A stretch of DNA of 64,000 bases from NCBI GenBank assembly GCA_951406725.2, contig OX597814.1, positions 121,334,001-121,398,000 of the forward strand, given 5' to 3'. Within the stretch, counting starts at the first letter, position 1. Every line of letters starts with the position of its first letter. Shown here piece after piece: positions 41,208 through 54,180 of the stretch. Source of the DNA: Octopus vulgaris. Taxonomy: Eukaryota. The notes under the pieces are model-generated. The model was given only the letters and a program-made list of their open reading frames with translations. It was not told the DNA's origin and searched no databases. Made by a program: the position numbers and the translations under genes.

Positions 41208-42592
41208 AATGTAATTATTATCGCCTGACTTTTTGAATTTATAACAGCGTCGTTCTTTGTTTTGTTTCTTTAGATTTTTCCTCTGAGTTCAGAAAACAAT
41301 TTGTTTCACAACCAACTTTAGAATAAGCTTGTTTTCTCTCAGTGCATTTTAGTTTTAAAACAAAATGGCAAAAGTTAATTGACAAGTAGAAGAATTCAAT
41401 GTTTTTTTTTTTGTCTTGCTGATGACCAATTGATTGGAGATTGCCTGAATAGCTACAAATTTGAAGGATCTCTCTCGTTCTAATACATGAGGGATAAGTG
41501 AATTGAATTATTAGAATGCCAAAATTCTAACGTCAGTTTAACAAGCTGTTTAGTGTGTTCTGAAAACCGGTTATAAATCCACAATTTCTCAAGAAGTTTA
41601 CAAATACTTCCCTAAATTCTGCACGTAGCCATTAAGTTAAGACTTGCAACAAAAATACCACAAGCTCAAACACAATTACTACTCTACGCTAAGTACAGAT
41701 GTGTGAGTGTGCTGCACGCGCGAGTGTGTGTGAAAAGTAAAACGAAAATAACAAGGTATCTCCATGCAAAAAGAAAAATGTCTGAATACTATAAGTAACA
41801 ATGCAGTTATTTAAACCTCATTAATAACTCTGTAATATAGGTAGAAGGGATCGAAGTACTACTTGATACTCCATTTAATTGATCGCGGATAGATAAATAG
41901 CAAATCTGACATCGGGTTTTCAACACAGGATATAAAAACTGAAAGAAATATCCCGAAACATTCATCGCCAAAACAGATGCCAAAGAAAATTAAGAATGGT
42001 AAAAACAACTGGTAAAAACGCAATTATTTGAAATTTTGGAGGTGAGCTGCTGTGTATGCAGATAATAGTGTCAGATATCTTAAACTAGCTTATTATTCCT
42101 TGCAATTCGTTACTTTTACTTTAAGAAAGACGTAATCTGCAGAGAGAACTACCTCAGAAATTGAATGTTTTGTGAAATCTCAACAAGGCAAATGTTGTAT
42201 CTAAATGATAGAAGCCAGTATATCAATTTTCATAGTTTGCTTCAGTTACAGAGCAATGCTCAGAAATTTTCGAATACGTTACATATCACTGGTGAAAATC
42301 TCTTATTTTGTTACAAAGAAAAGCACCGAGGAATGTAGAAAAGTAGTGCCTCAACAGACACAAACACAAAGCTGCGTACGCAAAAACGTAAAACCACAGT
42401 AATCGATGTAGTTCAAACATTATCTTGACACATATTTTGTTTTAAAACTGAAATGTACTGAGAGAAAACAAACATATTCTAATGTTGGTTGGGAAACAAA
42501 TTGTTTTCTGGACTCAGAGGAAAAATCTAAAGAAAACAAACCAAAGCACGATGCTGTTATAAATTTTAAAAAACAGGTGATAGTAATTCACA
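41208..42592. mobile_element. Non-autonomous DNA transposon with ~165 bp inverted repeats
   Basis: 41208-41375 is the reverse complement of 42424-42592 (TTTAGATTTTTCCTCTGAGTTCAGAAAACAATTTGTTTC vs GAAACAAATTGTTTTCTGGACTCAGAGGAAAAATCTAAA). Confidence 0.75.
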
Positions 42593-42924
42593 CTCTCTCT
42601 TCGTTGGCACTACTTCTCTAACATGGATGACTATCTGACAAAATTTCTGTAGACATCATGTGACTATGTAGGCCCATCTGAAATCCACCAGACTGGTTGC
42701 AAGGTGGGTATTTGTTGTCTTGCAGAAGAGGTGCATTTGGTCGATTCAGGCTTATATGTTTGTTTTTCATGAGATGTTTTCTCCGAGGATTGCCAAATAT
42801 TTTGCCCCCATTTGTATCTTTGTCTATTATTCTACAACAAATCTCATTCACCTAGAGCTAATCACATTAGATATAGGAGCAGGTTTTCAACCTCTTCCTT
42901 TGCTTTATGCATGTACGTTTTTAT

Positions 42925-43029
42925 TCTGCCTTTATTTACTCTTTTACTCTTTTGCCGACCGCTATGTTACGGGGAGGTAAACATACCAGCATGTGTTGTC
43001 AAGCGATGTTGGGTGGGGGACAAACACGG

Positions 43030-43062
<33 letters not shown>

Positions 43063-43213
43063 CATATATACGCTGGGCTTCTTTCAGTTTCCGTCTACCA
43101 AATCCACTCCCAAGGCTTTGGTCGGCCCGACGCTATAGTAGAAGACACTTTGACCAAGGTGCCACGCAGTGGGACTGAACTCGGAATTATGTGGTTGGTA
43201 AGCAAGTTACTTA
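42925..43213 (-). mobile_element. SINE family A (internally deleted)
   Basis: Reverse-complement head and tail motifs. Confidence 0.85.
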
Positions 43214-46200
43214 CCTTTTTCTTATGGCCCAGTGTTTACATATGCATAGACAATAAAAGTTAATACACGTAATCATAACATCAGATCTTGGCGTGTTCCA
43301 ATATTCAAGTATTTCTCCAGCTCGTCTACCATTGGATATACATGTTATTTATCAGATGATGCTAGTATAGTCTTTCCAGCTAAAAGGTATGTTTCTTTCG
43401 ATATATGCCCAGGATTAAGAACAGGATGGTACGTAACAAAAACTACCCGGTATACAATCGGTTTGGCTGTTTGTTTCAGATCTAGAACATACTTTCAACT
43501 CCATGAACTACAAAAGGTATTTTATCCAACGTTGAAACTTCTTACCTTCTCCATCACTACCCAGGTGTTTTAACTGTTTTATACGTTATATACCATTAAA
43601 TAATTCACTCCAATAGGCAAACTAGTTTCTCACCTCTTTTGCGATTGTTGATGCAGAGACGCAATTATTCGTTCTTCATTTCACGTGTTTGCATCTGGTG
43701 TGCAGTCTTTGCTTGCTGGCAAGCTATCCGTAAATGACATTGTTTTGGTTTTCGCAAACGTGAAAATCGTTCTCGTTTGATTAATGAGTTGCGTGATTTT
43801 CAGTGTTGTTCTCGTGCAGCCTGTTTTAATGTTTTCATCTAATAAGATCCAAATATCCTGAACAAGTTGAAAATACGTATCCTTTAAGACGTTCAAGGAT
43901 ATTTCAGCGGCAATGGAGTTTAGGATTGAGGGAAGACAATTTATCAGCGCCTTATTGCTGAAATTGCTCTGATTTTGTTGAATCTGAGAAAGATCCAATA
44001 TTGTTTATCTGCTAGTATCGGTTATGCAGATATATCACTACCCAGATGTTTTAACTGATTTATACGGTATCTACCATTAGACAATGCACTCATACAAGCA
44101 AACCAGTTTCTCGCTTCTTTAGCGGTTGTTGATGCAGAGCCGCCATTATCCTTGTGGCTGAGAGATGACGTACTTTTATAATATACTCCAGTGTTTGTTT
44201 TTAATGCGAATGTTGCGAGAAACATTCAGATATTGCTGCATCACATTTCTTTAAGGAATTATCTGCTGTATGCTCCACACCATTATAGCTAGGGGCAGAA
44301 TGCTGTTTTTCGTTAGCTTTTCTCTTACACTTTTGCAATACCATTCCCAGAAGTTCGAACAATATTGATGGACCCAGGCAGCTAGATTACAGTTCTTCAC
44401 TTAAGCATTGGTCAGCTTTTTTCCGAATCTAAGATTTGATGTTGCTTTTCCTCTAGTGTTTTTTATTTGCTGTCCTTGCCCAATATGACACAGAATTCTC
44501 TCATCAAGATGATTTTGTCTAGTATTATATGTTCGATACACGTTATTTAGTTTTTATCAATCTATGTTTGCATAACGTTTACGTGCATATGAACTATTGT
44601 GCCTCTACTAGAGCCAGCACACGTTAAGCAGAGTGCTATCAATATTTAACTAGAATTAATGCATAATTCTGGAAAATATTACAGAACTAAATTTCTTCAA
44701 ATACTTTCTTTCTACAGAAAATAGGGCTACCTACATATTTCAACACACGTCCCTTGTCTTGTCTATGAAAAAATGAGTAATCTCTGGTTTTTAACCCGAA
44801 CGCTGTTCGGCATATCAATAAATGGTCCAACTTTTGAAAGTTGTTATATATTGCAGCTTTAGTTTTGCCGCAAAACATACGGGGATATCTATACGGAAAC
44901 CCAATATCATTCAAGAGGGTATCTTTCCCAATAAGATCCCGAATGCTACAGAAGGTGGTTGAATCAGAATTGAATAAAACGAATCCTCAAAGAGAGCTGC
45001 ACGTGCGAATTCGATGCTGAAGAAAGTTCTTTCTCTTACGTCTCAATCAAAATATCTGATGTCCATCAGATCTCGTCTGCTCTTTAGCCCACTGAGACCA
45101 CGAATTTTCGTATCGGTTGTCCTGTAGAAAAGGTTACCTGTGCGTCTTTTACTGTTTCACTCAACATTGTATCTTGCGCAGTGCTAATGATGCGATATGC
45201 ATATCCACATATGTAGTATTCTGCATTCGTAGAGATAAATTTCTATCGCAAAGATACAATTATTTCTCCTGCCATACAATTTAAATACACATGTGGCAAC
45301 TGAATCATTTATAGACAAATAAAAAAAACTGTCAATGTTTTCTTATAGCATCTGTGAAATAGAAGAGGAATTGATGAAAATGGAATATCATACCAATCTC
45401 TTTCGTGTAATGTCTTTAATCTTCCGAAACTCAAATGATTCGGGGATGAATTAACCTAGGACTGTCACTCTTGATTACACAAAATCAGTATCTGCCTGAA
45501 CTCATCAAAATGTTTTAGCTTACAATAGACTGTTTTATCATCGGAGATGAGCTCTAACTGCTAGAAATATCAGCCATATAAAGCACTACTTTGAATAAGG
45601 TGCAAGCACTTATGTAGAAATGATGGGAGAATGGTCGTTGCTGGAGTATCTTTACAATAAGCTTTCTTAAATGGAACTATCACAGGGCTAAATAACAACA
45701 ATGATAACATAAACTCGATTTCTGTGTTTGGAATACTAGTAAATAAGACGATGTATTAGTGGCATCATTTGAACGTCGGATAAAACGAATTTTTCTATTT
45801 GTACCTGCTCTCTGCTCCTCACTGGTGTGTTACTATTCCCTTTCATCATCGTCTCGGAATAGATAAACTACTTGTCTAGGATAATTGATTAACATCATCG
45901 AGTATTGGGCGGAGTGCCATGATGCGTTCGTTCCATGTATTTAGATTCTGGATTTTAATTTAAATTCTGCCTCTTATTAGCGGTCTTAGAATCTTTTCAT
46001 TACGAGCATATATAGCAGATAAAGGGAATTAATGCAATGCTTGTGAATTGCAAAGTATTGACTTATCATTATTACGATATCTGACTTGCTGAACATTAGG
46101 AACTATGGTACAAGAGGCTATCATGATTCTGTGGTTGGCAATTCTTCTTGTGCAGAACGTCCAACGTCATACATAAAATGTCACTTCCAGAAGACTTACA

Positions 46201-47377
46201 TGTATATGGTTCATAATACAAACGAAAAAGATACCCTCACTACATCCTTATTAACTATCGAACCACTCTGTCGAGGAATTACAACCGTTTTTCGTGGTCT
46301 GCAACCGCAACAGCTCCTTTATAGGATCCAGTTAGCTCAAGACATCATCAGGAGGAACCACGACCGGTTTCGGCCCCTACTCCTCTACCATTTTGACGTG
46401 GCGGGGCCCCCCTTTCGGAGTTGTCTTCAGCTCTGGTGTTGGGTGCATTTCTTCTTTGTTCTGTTCCCTGGCCTCTTCGATATAGCGTCAGCGAGTGTCA
46501 GCCGGTGACTGACTGACTTGTCAAATTTTCCATTTAAATACCTACCGCTAGACTACAGCAAGCAGCCCCAATAATATTGAACTTAAATAAATATAATGAT
46601 AAATACATATGTTGTAATCATAAAACGACTACATTTCTGAATTGCGTTTGGATACTTACGAGAGTATCCACCTATTTGATACACGTTATAGCTGCAGCAG
46701 TAGATTTACAACCATTTGAGATGAACATGAAACGTACCAAACTCTAGTCACACAGTATCTGAAAAAGTTTTACTACTTTTTCATCCAGGCAAAACTAAAT
46801 AAATATAATTTTAAAAACAACGCGGAATTGCACTGAAGTTGTATCAGAATTTCTAGATTAGTTACACAGCTAATTGCCATAAATTCCGAATAAATATGCT
46901 TTATGTTCTAAGTTCTAAACATTTGGCTATACAAAGAATCTTATTAGCGGTCATTCATTGCCCGATTTTAAGCTGTTGCCTGGCAGTTTGGTGCATTGGG
47001 TGATGTTCACACTACTGTAAGTATTGGGGCAGTTGGAAGGCCATGGGATCGAAGTTAGCTCCGTATTTTGATGAGCTGTATTTTACAAACACTAAGTACA
47101 ACATATGCTTTCTTCTTCATTGAATTCATTTTGAGTAGCTTGGCAATAGTTAGGTGTTCTTCCTCTTTCTCCCGAAAACTTAATTCAATGAAAACATCCC
47201 CAATATACCATTTTGTCTAACTCATCAATTATTAAAAAAACAATAGTGAGAGAAGAAAAATACAGAGTTATACAAGTAGCAGAAAGGAGAGAGAAGTGCA
47301 AGAGGGAGGGAAGGAGAATGAAAAACAAAATGAAAAGTAAAGGAGGGATAAATGTATTTAGATATATTCGAAATGAA

Positions 47378-47587
47378 GTGGTCCAGTCGACAGAATCGTT
47401 GGCTCGTTGGACAAAATGCTTAGCGGCATTTCATTTGTTGTGAGTTCAAATTCTGCTAGATTTGTTTTACCTTTCATTCTTCCCGGGCCGATAAAATAAA
47501 TACCAGTTGAGCACTGGAGGCCAATGTAAACGTCTTGCTCCCTCCCTAGATTGAAATTGCTTGACTTGAAACAACATTTGAAACCAT
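47378..47587 (+). mobile_element. SINE family B, degenerate
   Basis: CAGAATCGTT...AAAATGCTTAGCGGCATTTC...GAGTTCAAATTC...TACCAGTTGAGCACTGG. Confidence 0.7.
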
Positions 47588-48060
47588 TTTATCTCGAAAT
47601 GGATAAGTAATTACAAACATGCCCTATAAAAAGAGAAAGAACATGACATTTTATATAATATAATTTAAGAAATTATTGTGTGTGTTCCAGGGCAAGATTT
47701 CAGAAATCAATGAAGGTACCGATCGAAGGAAATTGAATTCCCAAACTTTTTCGCAACAACAAGAGTAAAATCTCAAAACCTTCCACGTAAATATGAAATA
47801 GGTCTGGCAGCAATCCAAAAAGATAGCTTTAATTTTGAACTGGACATGTTATAAATAGCAGGGAAATCTCAAACATCTTTAAACAGGACTGACAAAATGC
47901 AAACCTAGATAGTGTTTCAGGGGGATATGATAATGATAATGCTCATTCGGAGTTGAATTGGAGCTAAATATCAATATGGCAAACAGCATTCCATGGTCAT
48001 TGAGTATTCTAAATATACTTGGAAATAGTATATCTATCTGTCTGACTATATATGTGTATG

Positions 48061-48135
<75 letters not shown>

Positions 48136-48146
48136 CACACACACAC

Positions 48147-48191
<45 letters not shown>

Positions 48192-48208
48192 CATATACAT
48201 ATACATAA

Positions 48209-48266
<58 letters not shown>

Positions 48267-48584
48267 AATGTACGACAGAAGATGGAATATAAGAGAATTT
48301 ATTATTAATCACAAATGTTTCCACAAAATTTACGTCGATTCCTCTTGGGCGGGACACTCAACAACTGGTTCAGGAGCATCCGGTGTTGTAGATGTATCTT
48401 GTCGGGTGATAAATAACCGATGCTTGATGTGCCGAAATAATTGTAGTGATTAATAATAAATTCTCGTATATTCCATTTTCTATCTTTCATTTGTTATATA
48501 TCTAACGATCACTCTGAAAGTGACCAAGTAAATGTGCTTTACCTCTAAGGTACCAGGTGTAAACCATTCGTTTTATTATCCATT

Positions 48585-48644
<60 letters not shown>

Positions 48645-48646
<2 letters not shown>

Positions 48647-49067
48647 GAGCAAAACGCCCCCCGTCCAATGGACGGTGCTGAGTTGTCAAACATTTAAACC
48701 ACATTTCTTAAAACAACTCGTCCGACCGTTCCATAGCCCTCCTCTTTGAGAAAAACTGATTTTACCTAAATTTGAGACACTAAACAGGCCGGCTTTTTTT
48801 GCGCAAGTTGCACGTGCACTTTTCTCGCTTACGTGTAGTATCGATCGCAAAAGCTGATGTACTTGCGCGTGTAAATGCAGGTTCACACGGCTTTATCGAT
48901 CGCATTCTCACCTGGACTCGATTTTTGTATTTCTTTCAAGACCTATACACGCCCTGATACCGTCGGTATCTACATATCGAATTTTAGCGCAATCGGATGG
49001 AGGATGCCCGATGTCCTAGAACACAAACACGCAGACAAACAGAACGAATTTTTATATTATATTATAT

Positions 49068-49075
<8 letters not shown>
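48645..49075 (-). mobile_element. Non-autonomous Helitron-like element
   Basis: Subterminal hairpin CCGTCCA-A-TGGACGG (48661-48675) about 12 nt from a CTCG|T end on the minus strand; other end runs into TATAAAA/TA repeats. Confidence 0.6.
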
Positions 49076-49141
<66 letters not shown>

Positions 49142-49142
49142 G

Positions 49143-49495
49143 TAGGCGTGACTATGCGGTAAGACGTTTGATTCTTAGCGATATGATACCTAGTGTAGAC
49201 CCACTGCGTGGAAGCTTGATAAAGTGACTTCTACTATTGTATCGACCCGAGGGAGTTGTCTTGGTGGATACAACTCGATAAAGGTCCATCGTGTGTTTGT
49301 GTCTCTCTCTGTCTATCCGTTTCCTTTCATCACCGCTAGACAGCCGGTGTTGGTGTGTTTACACACCCCTTATTTATTGAACCGGCAAAAAGAGGCCCAG
49401 AAAATAAGTATCAGACTTATAATAGCATGCAATTCTCGAAGATAATGCTCTAGAATGGCCGCAGTCAAGTGACTGAAACTTGTAAGGAAAATAAA
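49143..49495 (+). mobile_element. SINE family A, old diverged copy
   Basis: TAGGCGTGACTATGCGGTAAG...CCCACTGCGTGG...ATGGCCGCAGTCAAGTGACTGAAAC. Confidence 0.7.
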
Positions 49496-52366
49496 GATTA
49501 AATTAGATCATTTAGTTCTTCATATCATAATGAAGATTTATGCACTGAATCTCATATTAGAAAAATCTTATGACGTTTATATAGAAAACATTGAAAGAAA
49601 ATTACATGAGCCGTTCATAATTTTTTATATAATGAGAAACATGTTAGGACAATGGTTCAGTTCTTAGAAGACATTTTCTATTAATTCTCTTCACTTTCCG
49701 CCATCACATCAGACACCACATATGCTCTTAGCACGAATAAAAAGAAGAGGAAAATGTCTTACATCCATTTCCAATAACTTTCATCAGCAAGAAATGTTAT
49801 CTTAATGAAGTAATGATAGCGAGTTGCGTTTGAAATGCAATAATATTAAAAATTGTCGCGTCACATTTAATTAGGCATTCAACGGGGAAATTAATGTACA
49901 CCGTAAATGACTAAAGAAAAACCACAGAGAGTGCACAAAAATAAAAAAGAAATTAAGTTATCTAATGAATAAATTAGTAGTATCAAGTTGTCTTACTTGA
50001 TTTAAATGAAATTACTTCGTTTGGAAAGTTATAACACTTATTTCAAGTACATTGTTAATAAAACTAACCACGAACTCATTTCAATTTCGTTAGAAAAATA
50101 TAGAAAATAAAATATCTGATACACTATGTGATAGAGAAATATGAAAGAATTAAATTGTAGAAAATTAAAGAAAACAAAATGGAGAAATATATTTAGCTCA
50201 AATTCGAATATGAATTCCTAAAAGAGATTCTTTAATCAAGACGTTAATGGGGGCATAGATATCATTGTCTTTAAATGTTAACATTTAATTAAATATAATA
50301 AAAATATATATTTCATGAAAATATGTAATGAAAGAAAGAAATATATATATAGAGATTGAACGGACATTATTTATATATATGCGTGTCTGTGTGTGTGTTT
50401 GTGCCTCCGTATGTGTGCATGTGTGTGTATGTATATATGTATGTGTGTATGTATACATGTTTATATGCATATTTATATTAGAACTAATATCTGCAGAAAG
50501 GATTGTTATGGCAGTCACACCAAAAGCATACTAAACCAGAATGGAGTGACGCCTTCATAACTAAAGATTAGTGATGGAACATTCGAATACAAATACCAAT
50601 CCGGTACAAACGCACCAGAGTAGACATTTTTCTATGAAATAAGTATTAAAAGCCATATACTGTCAAAGATTTCAACCACCCTGGCGATTTTGCCTAACGT
50701 TCAGAAGAAGATAGGCATCATCCGTTGTTATTTCTAAGCATGTTACAGTAGTAAGTTACGTAAATTCATTACATCGATACAGATAAAATATAAAGAACAA
50801 TAACACATTGGAAAGGAGGTACCGTTGAATCATTTTAAATATTTCGAACTTCGACCGTATGGAGATTATTTCGCAGCGCTGAAAGTATTCGAGGAATATA
50901 GTAAAATATATATTTATTAGAAAACTGGTTAATTAATTCCGATACTATTTGTAGTTTTCTTTTTAATTTCGACTGAATTCACGACACGTAATCTAATTCT
51001 GTGACATAGGGAGTAATTTGTGGTTTTAGAGCGATGGCTCTATTTTATAGCAAGTGCTATTTTAACACCCCATTAAATTTTGAATTATATATATATATGT
51101 ATGTATGTATATGTATGCGGGTATGTATATATATAGATATATATTAATATATGTATATGTATATAACTATATATACATGTACATACGTAGACACATACAT
51201 GCACATATATATATATATATACATACATTATGTATAGATATACATATTTATGTGCTTGTACGTATGTATATGTGTATATATATAATTGTATGTATATGAT
51301 TGCGTATATGTATGAATATGTATGCATATGTTTCTATCTCTTACTCCTTCGAGAATTCGGGATATAGGTGTAACACTACTTAAGTCTTCGCTCCGGGCTT
51401 CACTGAAGGCAAAAAGAGGCAGTTCGATATTACTTGCCCCCGGGTTTTTTTTATTTTCAAGTTTGAATGTTTTCAAATTTATGTTATATTTTATATTTAT
51501 TTCTTTGTTATTTCAGCTAATAAACATTTTGTCTATAGTTATTACGGTTACCTCTCTTAATTATGGTAAGCTTTTACCTGATCCTTCATGGTATTTAATA
51601 ATGCGCAGTGACACAAAACATTATAGGTTTAAAATAACTCATAATGACAAGGATTGATGCTAGAGCACCAAGAAAATTTCAGATGTCAATTCTGAATCAG
51701 AATACAGAGGATCAGAAATTAGAAATTAGAAATATTTAATGTCTCAAAGTATTTTCAGATGTTACTTAGAGTAGAATTGTTTAAATGGTTATCGTGATAA
51801 GTAGTATTCTACATAGATTCTTACATCATGCACATAGCGGCACAAGGATAATCCACCATATTACAAATATCTGCCTATATATCTAAATGTATTTTCTTCG
51901 GTTTGGTCCGTTCAGTTCAGGATAAACTCACGTATCTCTAAATTATACTACATTTTGAATTGTTTTTCATATGCATGCGTAAATATTAACCAGACTGCAG
52001 ACAAAAATCGAATATATAGCTCTCATCCCAAAACGAAAATGATATAAAATGTTATCGGGAAGCACATCTTGTTGGCTTCAAACGAAAATAAAAAAATAAT
52101 AATACCGAAATTTGTATTGATTTTTCTATTATTTCCACACAGTATGTTTCAGAATATGTCATTTTGTGGTTATCGCTGTAAAACAAAAGATAAGTCGCCT
52201 GGCGAGCATCGACTAGAGTTCTCACTTTGATTTCTGATTCAACTCACTTTATCTAGTGAATCGGACTTTTTCTTCAAACGTGTATTTACTATATATTTGT
52301 AGACGTATCAAATATATACACGCATACACACACATACACGTACACAATATATATATATATATGATG

Positions 52367-52418
<52 letters not shown>

Positions 52419-52422
<4 letters not shown>

Positions 52423-52762
52423 AGAGCTACGGTGTATGGTGTATGGGAAATCCGGGTTACATATGTTTCATAGCGAACGGAATCTCAGAAGTGGTAAAAT
52501 CCAATTGATGTGTATACCACTAGCTACTCTTCAGGCCAATGATATTTTGATTAGATTAAAGACTAAACTTTCACAAGGATGTACATGTTGACGCAAAGAT
52601 TTAATCAGGATCATTCTAGACTCTTATCTAATGAAGATATCCTTGGCCTAAAGAGTAACCGGCAGTATACACCTCACTTGGATTTTACCACTCCTGAAGC
52701 TCCACTCGGTATGAAATATATATAACCCGGATTTCCAATATTCCATTCCGTAACGCTTGTAT
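52419..52762. mobile_element. Fold-back of two divergent HHR-bearing arms (~150 bp each)
   Basis: 52419-52570 is an imperfect reverse complement of 52615-52762; each arm carries an HHR-like core. Confidence 0.7.
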
Positions 52763-53559
52763 TCCTTTTCGCAAACTAGTCAACTTTTTTCAACTCCTCC
52801 TTCTTTGATAAAAGAAAAGACATCAGCAACCTTCCGTCTCAATACACCACTATTATTCCTGAAAGTTGTTGCTTTATATTCAATACGGATTTCTCGAAGC
52901 TAACTTTTTTGCTACCCCTCAATACCTGGGGCTTACATACATATATATATATATATATACGTTAGGTATGGAAGATGAATTCAGCAAAAATTTAGATTCA
53001 GACGAATATGGTACTTAAGTTGAGGCACCAGAATTTAGCACAGTATTATCCATAAAATTTCAAAGTAAGTTGATTAAAATCCAAATAAGCAAAATCAAAA
53101 TAAGCGACCTTGCTGCTTGTTTAGATTATATATATATATACACATACAGACATACATTTAGGTTCACGACGCAATGCAAGTAAAAGATCCAGCATAGTGA
53201 TTGTTCTGGGTATTGCGTTTGGATACAATAAAAGCAAATATGGATTGCAAAGATTCACAACATCTGTCTCAACAGCATGTTTTATCGATTTTTATCGATT
53301 ATATATACACCATGAAAGGGTCTGCTTTCATTAGGTGAGTTTCATCTCAGGTATGAGAAGAGAAAGATTTAGATAAACCCGCTTTTTAAGGTAACGATCA
53401 AGCTGTCTTACTTGATTAAGAACAAAACCCTTTGTTTCGAAAGTGGATTCATTTCTTCATGATGTATTCGATCCAATCAATCTATTCAATGAAAATATGC
53501 CACTGAAACAGTTGTTCAGAAACTATATAATCCATCAGTGTGCTTATTAGACACGCAAG

Positions 53560-53607
<48 letters not shown>

Positions 53608-53625
53608 TGCACACACACACATAAA

Positions 53626-53789
53626 CGTCGGGCTTCTTTCAAATTTCGTCAAGCAAAGCTGCTCACGAAACTTTGGTCGGCCCTAGTCTATAGTAGAAAG
53701 CACTTGCCGAAGGAGCCACGCAGTTAGCCTGAACCCAGAACCGTGTGGTAAGGAAGTAAGTTTCTTAATACAGAGCCACACATGCGCCT
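53626..53789 (-). mobile_element. SINE family A, 5' half, diverged
   Basis: CGGGCTTCTTTC...TTGGTCGGCCC...CACTTGCC...AGCCACAC. Confidence 0.7.
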
Positions 53790-53842
53790 ATGATATATAT
53801 GACGGTATAATTCAATGTAATATATATTATATACATATTTCT

Positions 53843-54180
53843 CCTTTTTTTGTAGTTTCAGCTAAGAGCTGTGGCCATGCTGGAGTACCGCCGTTTTGCT
53901 ACACTGTTATTACTGAGAGCCTTCTCTAATATATGGCACTTGGCGAAGGATGGAGTTTGATGTCTCTACCCTCATTTGCACCTCTTGCCGTGAGGTAGAT
54001 TCGTCTGGGACTCTCGACAGGAAGAGGTCCAGCTTTTATTTGAAAACACCTACATCCACTTTGTATAGGTCCCTCAGGCTCTTTGGGAGAATATTAAAAA
54101 GCTGTGGTCCCCTGAATCCTAGAATGTTGCAGTAACTGATCCCGAAGGGAGATAGAATTACTGGGATTTTTGACACTGTG
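53843..54180 (-). pseudogene. CR1/L2-like LINE 3' end
   Basis: Minus: YCNILGFRGPQLFNILPKSLRDLYKVDVGVFK*KLDLFLSRVPDES...SNSILRQ, then tail GCGGTACTCCAGCATGGCCACAGC and poly(A). Confidence 0.8.
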
